From: Schizochytrium sp. TIO01
Lineage: Eukaryota; Protista; Bigyra: Labyrinthulomycetes
Length of the DNA stretch: 64,000 nucleotides
NCBI GenBank assembly: GCA_004764695.1
Contig: SMSO01000031.1
Location: forward strand, 38,436-102,435
Reading direction: 5' to 3'
The position numbers and the translations under genes are program-made. How positions within the stretch are numbered: the stretch's first letter is position 1; each line of letters begins with the position of its first letter. A model generated the notes under the pieces. It saw only the letters and a list, made by a program, of their open reading frames with translations, had not been told where the DNA came from and made no database searches. Shown piece after piece: positions 1-9,537 of this stretch.

Positions 1-431
1 CTAACCTAACCTAACCTAACCTAACCTAACCTAACCTAACCTAACCTAACCTAACCTAACCTAACCTAACCTAACCTAACCTAACCTAACCTAACCTAAC
101 CTAACCTAACCTAACCTAACCTAACCTAACCTAACCTAACCTAACCTAACCTAACCTAACCTAACCTAACCTAACCTAACCTAACCTAACCTAACCTAAC
201 CTAACCTAACCTAACCTACCTAACCTAACCTAACCTAACCTAACCTAACCTAACCTAACCTAACCTAACCTAACCTAACCTAACCTAACCTTACCTAACC
301 TTACCTAACCTTACCTAACCTAACCTTACCTAACCTTACCTAACCTTACCTAACCTTACCTACCTAACCTTACCTAACCTTACCTAACCTTACCTACCTA
401 ACCTTACCTAACCTTACCTAACCTTACCTAA
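1..431 (-). repeat. Telomeric repeat (TTAGG)n, with proximal variant (TAAGGTTAGG)n from ~291
   Basis: Near-perfect CTAAC pentamer array from base 1; from ~291 CCTAA alternates with CCTTA; C-rich strand at the 5' end as expected for a left chromosome end. Confidence 0.97.
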
Positions 432-3400
432 TGATTGTTTATTATGGTTTTAATATAAAAATATTTTAATGAAAAATTGAAAATATTTTCTTTTTATTTT
501 CTTTTAAAAATAAAAAGTTTTTATGCGCCTGTTGACATTCGTGGAGATGGGAGACTTCAATAAGAAGAGTATATAATATGATGGAAGTCCTTTTGTGTAA
601 TTTGTAAAAGTATTCTCTCAGCTTAATTCCACGTTGATCGTTGATGAGTTGTGAAGCGTTCTAGTGGTGCTTGTAGAAAAGTTCTATTTATTTCATTGAT
701 AGAGTTATGACACTACAAACTTTGCCTTTTCTCGTTATTAGTGAGATGAGAAACTAAGAAATAACTTTCAAAATAAAAACTTAAACATAGTTTTAATTTT
801 TCTTAATCAAGACCTGTCTTCTGTCGTACAGCTCAGCAGCTTTTTGATAGTATCACTCCATGATTAATATGTGACTCATTTGTTGAGCAAATGAATCTTA
901 TGCTAACCATTTAATTTTATGTCCTGCTAATAATTAGAGTGATAACTAAGACCTGTTCACTATAGCTTGCAAGAAGATTTCCTCTCATCAATCAAATGTG
1001 TCCATCTTAGCCCTGAACGAGCTACCGAGTTGTTCTTGTAGAAAAGTGCTACCTTCTTTTTGGATTGGGTCAAAACACTACTAAACTGGGTTCCTTCTCC
1101 CTATTAATAATAAGAGAAACTAAGAATTACTTTCGAAAGTCAATAAAAACATAAATAAAATCTTAATTTCTCTTAGCAAACGCTTATACCCTGTTGCAAA
1201 TCGACGCCTCTTTCCAAGGGTACCATTCGATGATTAATATATTACCCTGTTGGCGACAAAATGAATCTTGTACTAAACATTTTGTTATATATCTTGCTAA
1301 CAAATAGAGTGACAGTTTGATGTTTTTTTTCTCAATCTTGCAAGAATATTGTTTATGATATATCAAATGCACGCATCTTAACAGTTCATGAATCATTGAA
1401 TGGTGCTTGTAGCAAAGCTCTGGCTATTGCATTGATAAAGTTAGAACAGTACTAAACTCGGTTCCTTCCCTCTATTATTAATATGAAAGACCAAAAAATA
1501 TATTTCAAAGGTCAGTAAAAACATAATCATAATTTTATTTTTTTCTGAACCAACACATTCATCCTGTTGTAAATTGAAACAGCTTTCCAACGGTACCACT
1601 CCATGATTATTCTTTTTCCCCGTTGTTGAGAAAATGAATTTTATACTAGCCGTTCAATTCTCTATCCTGCTCACAAACAGAATGATAACTTGGAGCTTCT
1701 TTTCTCAAGCTTGACAGGGTCTTTTTTCTCACAAATCAAATTCGAGCATCTCAGCAATTCATGTTCTATCAAGGGGTGCCTATAGTAAAGTCCTTTCTAT
1801 TCTATTCATAGAGTTAGAGCATTACTAAACTCAGTTCTTTCTCCCTATTAATGATATGGGCGACTAAGAAATAACTTTCAAAGGTCAGTAAAAATAAATT
1901 TCAAAAACATTTCGCCTGAGAAAACACATCTACCCTGTTGTTAATCTTAACAGCTTTCCAACGGTATCACCTGATGATTAATATCTTTCCCCGTTGTTGA
2001 GAAAATGAACCTTATACTAATCATTTTGCTGCTCACAAATAGAGTGGCAACTTAGAGCTTCTTTTCTCAGGCTTGCAAGAAGAGATTCTCTCATAAATCA
2101 AATCCACCCACTTTAACTATTATTCAGCTATCTGACGAGGCTTGTAGCAAAGTTCTGTCTATTGTATTTATAGAGTTACAACACTACTAAACTCGTTTCC
2201 TCCCCATATTAATAATATGAGAGACCAAGAAATAACTTTTAAAGGTCAGTAAAAACACATGGGAGATGTGTTTTCTCAGCAACAAATACTTTAACATGTT
2301 GCAAATTTCAGCAGCTTTCTGATGATACTTGTGAAACATTAATATCTTTAGTGGTTAATGACATATTGTCCCTTGTGAGGATCCATCAACTGCTTGTTTA
2401 AATAAAGTGATAACTAGGAGCTTCTTTTCACAAGCTTGAAAAGATATTTTCTCGCAACGATTATGACTCTCCTGTGGTAACAACGACGCACTTCCCGACG
2501 GTGCTTATCGAAAAGACCTAACAATTTTATCAAGAAAGTTATAACAGTACTAAGTTTAGTTCTTTCTCTTATTAATAATATAGAAGAGTAACATTTTCTT
2601 TTAAAAGTTCGAAAAATACTTTCAAAGATTTGTTTTTTCTGACTCATGCCATCATCCGTATTCTGTATTGCTTGCGCTTTCTACTGATCCAAATCTTTAA
2701 ATGATCAATAAAGTAGTTGTGGAGATAATGGGGTTTTGAAGAAGTGGGAGGCTGCTGCCAAATACCTGGAAGGGTAATTTCTCATAATTTTAGAACGATT
2801 TCCCCTTGAAAACTTCAATAGTATAGCTCTCCATAAATTTTCTGATCTAATGCTGCAAAAATAACATGTGTCTCTCAAGTAGTTGTCGAGAAAATATGTT
2901 TTTCTTTCTTTCTTTCGATAATCCATCAATTGTTTGATAAAGTGATCACTTGGAGCTTCTTTCCGCAAGCTTGGAACATTATTTTTTCGCAACGATTATG
3001 ACTATCCTGTGGTAACAACGACGCACGTTCTGTCGGTGCCTGTCAATAAGATCTAGCTATTTTATCCAGAAAGTTACAACAGTACTAAGTTTAGTTCTTT
3101 CCTCTTATTAATAGTATGGAACAGTAACATTTTCTTTTAAAAGTTCGAAAAATACTTTCAAAGATTTGTTTTTTCGCACACCTGCCATCATCCGTATTCT
3201 GTATTACTTGCGCTTTCTACTGATCCAAATCTTTAAATGACCAATAAAGTAGTTGTGGAGATAATGGGGTTTTGAAGAAGTGGGAGGCTGCTGCCAAATA
3301 CCTGGAAGGGTAATTTCTCATAATTTTAGAACGATTTCCCCTTGAGAACTTCAATAGTATAGCTCTCCATAAATTTGCTGATCGAATGGTGCAAGAATAA

Positions 3401-3617
3401 CATGTGTCTCTCAAGTAGTTGTCGAGAAAAGCTGTCTTTCTTTCTTTGTTCTCAGTTAAATTAAAAATAATTTAAAAAGATGGCAACTACGTAGGGGTCA
3501 AACTCGATGTTGCCGAGAGTAGTTTTCAATTCAGGCACACCAATTCTATGCAAAATTAAATTTCCGATCTAATGATATCATTTTTATGGATCTCACTTCT
3601 CTTGGTGTTGACAAAAT
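432..3617. repeat. Subtelomeric long degenerate tandem repeats (~365-bp units, then ~535-bp units, then start of a ~411-bp unit)
   Basis: Marker 'actaaact...tattaataatatgaga' recurs at ~715, 1075, 1445, 1818, 2180, 2545, 3080; 'gatggcaactacgtaggggtc' at ~3479. Resembles the telomere-rDNA spacer repeats (LORE-TEARS) reported for Aurantiochytrium limacinum. Confidence 0.88.
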
Positions 3618-3620
3618 TTT

Positions 3621-4086
3621 TGTTGAATGCTGTAGAGTGACAGAGACTCGAAAGGTTGTTTACTTTTTAGGTTGAGGTTGTATAGTTTGAGGTCTGCTGA
3701 CATACTGCCGGCAGTGAAGAAGTTATTTCTACTCAGTCTCTGTTACACATGTCCTTTATTAGTGGCGGCCACCGAGCGGAAAACCGCAACTACTAGTGTT
3801 TAGTCCATGTGTCCCTTAGTGAATATTTGTTTTCTTGATAAAGATTCTCCTACGTTCTTTGATACTTTTACAGTGGTATTATGGGTTAATACTCGTGTTC
3901 ATGTATATAATTCGCGAGCATTACCCTAACCCTACTACTGCAAAAGGTATAATAAGAAAGTTAAGAGACTCTTTGTTGTCCAATGCTTAACCTTTACCCT
4001 AACCCTACCTCTGTAAAAGGTATGATTAGAAAGGCAGGAGACTCCTTGTTATCCCGACTCGGGACCAACAATTCGTCTAGACAACA
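3621..4086 (-). repeat. 3' LTR of copia element
   Basis: tgttgaatgc...gtctagacaaca; direct repeat of 9072-9537. Confidence 0.95.
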
Positions 4087-7000
4087 CACCTCCCCAAACT
4101 TCTTAGACGTGAGCCTTGTTCCTAGAAGTGCAGATACAGAGCGATCCGTATCTCCGGGAGTTACGTGCCCAAGAAAAGCAAGGCAGATGCGGTAGATATG
4201 ATAGTGATGAAGCTCCCGACTAAGGTGTTTGGTCAACACGTCAGCTGGATTGGTCCGAGTGTTTTCATAAGATAGAGAAATGATGTTGTCCTCTAAAAGT
4301 TGATGAAGATGGTGTCTGCGAATGTCCACATGCTTAGAGTTGTTGCCAACGCTCAAGTTTCGAATCAAAGGGATGATAGCTTGGTTGTCCGTGTATAGTG
4401 GCGATGCATCGGCTTGGGGACAGCCCAGAAAATCTAAGATGCGACGGTTCCAAATAATGGCTTTAGCGGCTTCGTTCGCAGCGTAGAGTTCTGCCTCAGT
4501 TGAGGAAAGTGCCACAGTTCGTTCTGTACTAGACTTTGTCAGAATGGTAGACCCATTAACTGCTAGCAGGTAGCCAAGTGTAGAACGTCGTGTGTAAGGG
4601 CAAGGCGCGTAAGAGGCATCGCACCAAGCTTCAAGCTTTATGTCCGAAAGTTGTATGGCTCCTCGTAAGACTATCCCGATGTTGCTCGTGCCAGCAAGGT
4701 AACGTAAAACAGCTTTGGCTGCTGTAAAGTGTTCTTCGGTTGCTGCACGGTTGTGTCTACCAAGTTCTTTAACTGCGAATGCAATGTCGGGGCGTGTATT
4801 GACTATCCATTGAAGACTTCCCACCAATGACTGATAAAGGGGATCTGTTTTGGCCTCCTTAGGAAATGTTAACGGGTTTGCAGATGCAGGAGTGATGCGT
4901 GGTTGACAATTGTTAAGACCATGAGTTTCGAGAAGTTCCTCAATAAAGTCGGCATGATCTAACAAAGCGATCTTGGAACTTCGATTGATCGTAAGATGCG
5001 CTCCAAGGTATCGAACACGTTTGTTGTCAGGTAAATGTTCGAAGTCCACTTTGTCGTTCCCAAAATATGATTTTAGATGACCTTCAAGAGCTTTGACACT
5101 CGAGGCAGGACCAGAAACCAGACCATCATCGACATGGGTAGACACTGTCAGGTTCAGGCCCTTATGATGGAAAAGGCATGCATCATCTGGGCAAGGTGCT
5201 AAGCCAAAAGCATCAAAAGCATGCGCTAGTTCTTTGTAAAATCTTAGCGGAGCAGATGAGATGCCATAGACAGATTTCAGAAGGCGATAGTAAGTGTATT
5301 TACCGTAGAAAGTCCGTACTCGTATGAAAATGTCTTTGTCATGTACCGGTGCAGTGAGGAAAGCACTTGTAATGTCGAAAATAGCAAAGTCATGCTCCTG
5401 TGTAAGACCCAAGGTAATTTGGATGCGTACGGAAGATGGCATTGTAACTGGTGATGCTACTTCTTGTTCAGAGGTTGGTTCTTGATCACCGCGAACAACA
5501 AGTCTCATCTTAAGTCTACGGCGCCCTTCGTTGTCTGCGGGCTTTTTCTTGTAGACCTTCATGACATCTAAGACTTTTCCACGCACCTCCGACTTTGGGA
5601 CTTCTTGCAGGGTTTCTTGTGCTGCATGATTTGCCATTTCTTCTTCATCTGTTTTCCTCCACATGGCTTTCTCATAGTCGCTGTAAAGTCGAAGATCACT
5701 TTCGTGACGAGGCTCGCGAACAGGTCTGCGTGGGTCCTCGTAAACGTGAGTGTTTGAAGTAGAAACTTCCTGATTGTTCACCTCCTTCGTCAATAAAGCT
5801 GGGGCTGAAGTTGAGGAACTTGGATGGAAGGTTTTACCACTTCTTGTTGTAGAGCCGGTGTCGACGTCGCCAAGAATTGGATCTACCCAATGGAATTTGT
5901 TGTTTGCTATTTGTAGAACTTGTCCAGGGTATAATGGACCAGCATCGACAAATTCACGAAGAGCGTGCTTGAACTCGGAGGAGTAAGACGGTTTCTGTTT
6001 ATACTTACGCGGTGGTTTCTGTGAAGAATCCACCTCCTGCTCAATGATGGTAACATCGGGCACCTCCTTCTCTATAATGGTAGCGTCTGGCACCTCCTGA
6101 TCAATGTTAATAAGATCAGGCACCTCCTGATCAATGCTAATGAGATCAGGCACCTCCTGATCAATGTTAATAAGATCGGGCACCTCCTGCTGAAAGTCTA
6201 TAAGGTCTGACACCTCCTGCTCTGGACTGGATGTTGCGGAAGTACTTTGGGCAGGATAGCTAAAATGTAGATCTTCTTCGTTTTCGCCAGAAGAGCCTGC
6301 GAGATCAAAGTTGGCAGAAACTTCTTTAGTGAAGGAGGGGCTGGAGGGATAGGTGATCTCTGAAGAGTTTGAAGAAAGAACCAGAGGCGAGGCATCTTTG
6401 GTAAGAGGGTGGAAAAAATCAGAACTCGATGGACTCGAGGTAATGTCACCGTAATCGTTGGAGAAAACCTTTACTGGGGCAGTATTGTGTAAAGAGTTGT
6501 TCAAAAGTTGCTTGCGAATGTAGTCAGATGATTCAGAAAGCTGAGGAAGGTAAGGCAGAGCACGGTAACTCCGCGAAAAGACGATGCGGCGAGAGTCCAA
6601 AGACATGATGCGTGATGTCCCAAAGCTATGTCGAGAACTGCAGCCAAGAAAAATACCAAGGCTTCCTTTGGCAGCGAAGTCGCTTTTAGTTGCAACACTG
6701 GGATTGTGTTGATGGTAGGCAACAAGTGTGCCAAATTGGCGACTTGGAGACAAATCGGCAGTGCCGCATCCATGAATGACAGCAGGCACCTGAGAGGTCC
6801 GAGGCGATGGAAGGCGGTTAAGGGTCCAACATGCGTAATCGGTTGCAAAATCCCAAAAGGTGCTCGGGAGATTGCAGTCATGAAGATAGGACCAAGCGAG
6901 GCGAGAAACGAGACCTACTGTGCGTTCAGCGACGCCATGAGTACCGTGTTCATGGGGAGATGCAAATTGCAGTTTCCAATTGTACAAGTCCATTTGCTCC

Positions 7001-9006
7001 TGTACAAGTCTAGAAGCGAAAGCATGATCGGCAATGAGAGTTAAGCCTTCAGGGGTTGAAGTTTTCCCGGGAGCGGCGCCGAGCCAGTCTCTTCGCCACG
7101 CCCGAATGGCTTTGACAAGTGTTTCGGCATTGCACTCAGGAAACGAATAGCATCGCCGATACTTGGAGTAATCGTCCACAAAGACAACACAGTATTTATT
7201 GCCTGTGCTGGAGCGCGTTTTAATACCAAGCAGGTCGACATGTGATACTTGGCGCGGACCGGTACTGCGAGGTGAGTGAGGTCCTTTACGAATGGGAGAG
7301 CGCGATGAGTCACCTTGAGCACAGCCAGGGCAGACTGGAAAAGATCCTTGTATTTTTGCAAGAGGGAGTCCCGAAACTTGTTTTGATATAGCATCAAGTG
7401 TTTCGAATGAGCGATGTCCAGCTCTACGATGGGCCTCAAGAATGTCGAGTCCGGCAAACACTGGTGTTGCAGTTGGTTCGCTGGTAGTGTCCTGTGCATA
7501 AGTCAATGCGTTGTTGCAAAATTGTAAAGGGATCTCTTGATTTTGCCAGACAAGGACTTGGCGATCTTTGGTAATGTGTAGCTCGGCTCCAGCAGCGTGT
7601 AGAGCAGCGAGACTTTCAAGTACAGCTGGGGCCCTGTCATGTACTTGAGCAGGTATGGCGGGGGCGTTGGGAATGAATGGCGATAGGTAAGTGCCTACAC
7701 TGTCTGGATTTTGTAATTCACCTGAGACACCTACAATAGGTGTTGCTTTTTGTAGAGGTAGTTCAGAATGAATGTGTCGACGGCTAGGAACAACTGTAAC
7801 ACCAGCTCCACTGTCAATAACAGTTGAAGGAAAAGCATTGCCACCAAGGTAAGCAGACTTTGAAAAATCTTTTACGTTAGCAGCAAAGTATTCCTCAGTG
7901 GGAACGCTGCGGCAGACTATGGCCTTGTGACCTGGTTTGTTGCAGCGAGCGCAGCGAACTCTAGGGTCAAGGTTGCAATTGTCTGTGGCGTGATTTTGCG
8001 CGCAACGAAGACAACGGTGGGAGTTGTTTCGATGAGAGCCATGGTATCTGCCACGAGAACGGTAATTGCGGGGCTGCGGAGGGCTTGGAGAGTTGCCAAA
8101 GGCTTGGCTAACAGCTGCAGCGAGTTGGAGAAGTGTCGCGTCAGTAGAAGCGCCAAAAGCACCAGTCACTTCATTGGAAACAGAAGTGTTGGCAGCTTTA
8201 GCAGATTCCATAGTCAGGCCGGTGCGTTCGTGAATGACACGGAATGTCAGAGTAGAGTGAGCGTAGAGATCAGCCTTGATCTTGTCATACTCTGCAGGGA
8301 GCTGTTGGATGTAGCTGAACAGCATGATAGACTGTAACGTAGGGCGAGTCTTTTCGAGCTTGGCAATGGCGGTGTTCAACTTGTCGATGTGGTCGTCCAG
8401 CTTGGAGCGATCCTCGTGGGGCTTGGGACAAGCGGCCATGACACTCATCAGCTCTTTCCAACGACGCTGTTGGTTGAGTCTAGAGTGCTGGTTGAAGCGT
8501 TGTCTTAGCACGTACCACCCGACAAGGCCGCTGCCTTTGGCATACCTGGAGCGTATGACTGAAGACAGGGATGACTTCTTGAAACCTTCGAGCAGGAAGA
8601 GTGCCAACACAGAGTCCTGGGCTTTGCAAATAGATGCCGGCTGGCCAGGTTTCCATGTATTGATGTCCTTGAAGGGAAGTTCGTAGTAGCCGCAGAAGCC
8701 TTCGAAGAAATCGGAGTATTCTTCAAAGTCGCCGTCGTACGTTGGTGTCGAGCGATTATTTTCGAAGTAGCGCTTGATACCTTTGATGAGAGCCGGAGTC
8801 TCAGGTTGGTAATGGATGGTTGGGGCTGACTCGGACGCCAGCAGAAAGTCCAGGTTGTCACTGGAGTGCATCGCGGTGGCAGGGACCGCGGGGAGGGGAC
8901 CATGAAAGTTGGCGGTTGCCATACTTTCACTGTCGTCATCATCGTCGTCTTCATACACGACGGAGGCGACCTCCTCATGTTCGGAGGCTACTTCTTCTTG
9001 CACCAT
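3994..9006 (-). CDS. Copia Gag-Pol polyprotein (1670 aa)
   Basis: Zn knuckles CLRCAQNHATDNC and CARCNKPGHKAIVC; protease VIDSGAG; integrase Zn motif HRRAGH..CPGC and core (HVDL, FVDDYS, HGVAER); RT LLKSVYG..HVDDGL; RNase H WCDASYA, SSTEAE, YTDNQ, NPADVLTK. Confidence 0.96.
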   Translation of the reverse strand: MVQEEVASEHEEVASVVYEDDDDDDSESMATANFHGPLPAVPATAMHSSDNLDFLLASESAPTIHYQPETPALIKGIKRYFENNRSTPTYDGDFEEYSDFFEGFCGYYELPFKDINTWKPGQPASICKAQDSVLALFLLEGFKKSSLSSVIRSRYAKGSGLVGWYVLRQRFNQHSRLNQQRRWKELMSVMAACPKPHEDRSKLDDHIDKLNTAIAKLEKTRPTLQSIMLFSYIQQLPAEYDKIKADLYAHSTLTFRVIHERTGLTMESAKAANTSVSNEVTGAFGASTDATLLQLAAAVSQAFGNSPSPPQPRNYRSRGRYHGSHRNNSHRCLRCAQNHATDNCNLDPRVRCARCNKPGHKAIVCRSVPTEEYFAANVKDFSKSAYLGGNAFPSTVIDSGAGVTVVPSRRHIHSELPLQKATPIVGVSGELQNPDSVGTYLSPFIPNAPAIPAQVHDRAPAVLESLAALHAAGAELHITKDRQVLVWQNQEIPLQFCNNALTYAQDTTSEPTATPVFAGLDILEAHRRAGHRSFETLDAISKQVSGLPLAKIQGSFPVCPGCAQGDSSRSPIRKGPHSPRSTGPRQVSHVDLLGIKTRSSTGNKYCVVFVDDYSKYRRCYSFPECNAETLVKAIRAWRRDWLGAAPGKTSTPEGLTLIADHAFASRLVQEQMDLYNWKLQFASPHEHGTHGVAERTVGLVSRLAWSYLHDCNLPSTFWDFATDYACWTLNRLPSPRTSQVPAVIHGCGTADLSPSRQFGTLVAYHQHNPSVATKSDFAAKGSLGIFLGCSSRHSFGTSRIMSLDSRRIVFSRSYRALPYLPQLSESSDYIRKQLLNNSLHNTAPVKVFSNDYGDITSSPSSSDFFHPLTKDASPLVLSSNSSEITYPSSPSFTKEVSANFDLAGSSGENEEDLHFSYPAQSTSATSSPEQEVSDLIDFQQEVPDLINIDQEVPDLISIDQEVPDLINIDQEVPDATIIEKEVPDVTIIEQEVDSSQKPPRKYKQKPSYSSEFKHALREFVDAGPLYPGQVLQIANNKFHWVDPILGDVDTGSTTRSGKTFHPSSSTSAPALLTKEVNNQEVSTSNTHVYEDPRRPVREPRHESDLRLYSDYEKAMWRKTDEEEMANHAAQETLQEVPKSEVRGKVLDVMKVYKKKPADNEGRRRLKMRLVVRGDQEPTSEQEVASPVTMPSSVRIQITLGLTQEHDFAIFDITSAFLTAPVHDKDIFIRVRTFYGKYTYYRLLKSVYGISSAPLRFYKELAHAFDAFGLAPCPDDACLFHHKGLNLTVSTHVDDGLVSGPASSVKALEGHLKSYFGNDKVDFEHLPDNKRVRYLGAHLTINRSSKIALLDHADFIEELLETHGLNNCQPRITPASANPLTFPKEAKTDPLYQSLVGSLQWIVNTRPDIAFAVKELGRHNRAATEEHFTAAKAVLRYLAGTSNIGIVLRGAIQLSDIKLEAWCDASYAPCPYTRRSTLGYLLAVNGSTILTKSSTERTVALSSTEAELYAANEAAKAIIWNRRILDFLGCPQADASPLYTDNQAIIPLIRNLSVGNNSKHVDIRRHHLHQLLEDNIISLSYENTRTNPADVLTKHLSRELHHYHIYRICLAFLGHVTPGDTDRSVSALLGTRLTSKKFGEVCCLDELLVPSRDNKESPAFLIIPFTEVGLG
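4087..4100 (-). promoter_or_regulatory. Polypurine tract (plus-strand priming site)
   Basis: Minus strand reads AGTTTGGGGAGGTG immediately before the TG of the 3' LTR. Confidence 0.8.
6030..6220 (-). repeat. 30-bp coding tandem repeat (QEVPDLINID-like, 7 units) in the integrase-RT linker
   Basis: 'cacctcct' at exact 30-bp spacing: 6031, 6061, 6091, 6121, 6151, 6181, 6211. Confidence 0.9.
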
Positions 9007-9054
9007 GGTCGGGCCAGTGCAGAGAGTGCGCGGGGCAGCAAAGAACGAGAGTTA

Positions 9055-9068
9055 ATAGGCCAATAACC
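9055..9068 (-). promoter_or_regulatory. Primer-binding site, probably of the half-tRNA-iMet type
   Basis: Minus strand after the 5' LTR CA reads AAA-GGTTATTGGCC, similar to the GGTTATGGGCC PBS of Drosophila copia/Ty5-type elements. Confidence 0.65.
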
Positions 9069-9071
9069 TTT

Positions 9072-9537
9072 TGTTGAATGCTGTAGAGTGACAGAGACTC
9101 GAAAGGTTGTTTACTTTTTAGGTTGAGGTTGTATAGTTTGAGGTCTGCTGACATACTGCCGGCAGTGAAGAAGTTATTTCTACTCAGTCTCTGTTACACA
9201 TGTCCTTTATTAGTGGCGGCCACCGAGCGGAAAACCGCAACTACTAGTGTTTAGTCCATGTGTCCCTTAGTGAGTATTTGTTTTCTTGATAAAGATTCTC
9301 CTACGTTCTTTGATACTTTTACAGTGGTATTATGGGTTAATACTCGTGTTCATGTATATAATTCGCGAGCATTACCCTAACCCTACTACTGCAAAAGGTA
9401 TAATAAGAAAGTTAAGAGACTCTTTGTTGTCCAATGCTTAACCTTTACCCTAACCCTACCTCTGTAAAAGGTATGATTAGAAAGGCAGGAGACTCCTTGT
9501 TATCCCGACTCGGGACCAACAATTCGTCTAGACAACA
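9072..9537 (-). repeat. 5' LTR of copia element
   Basis: Direct repeat of 3621-4086. Confidence 0.95.

Larger units (their letters stand above)
3621..9537 (-). mobile_element. Full-length Ty1/copia LTR retrotransposon
   Basis: Two 466-bp LTRs (3621-4086, 9072-9537) with TG...CA ends and one mismatch that I could see; PBS-like site and polypurine tract; single intact gag-PR-IN-RT-RH ORF in copia order. Confidence 0.97.
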
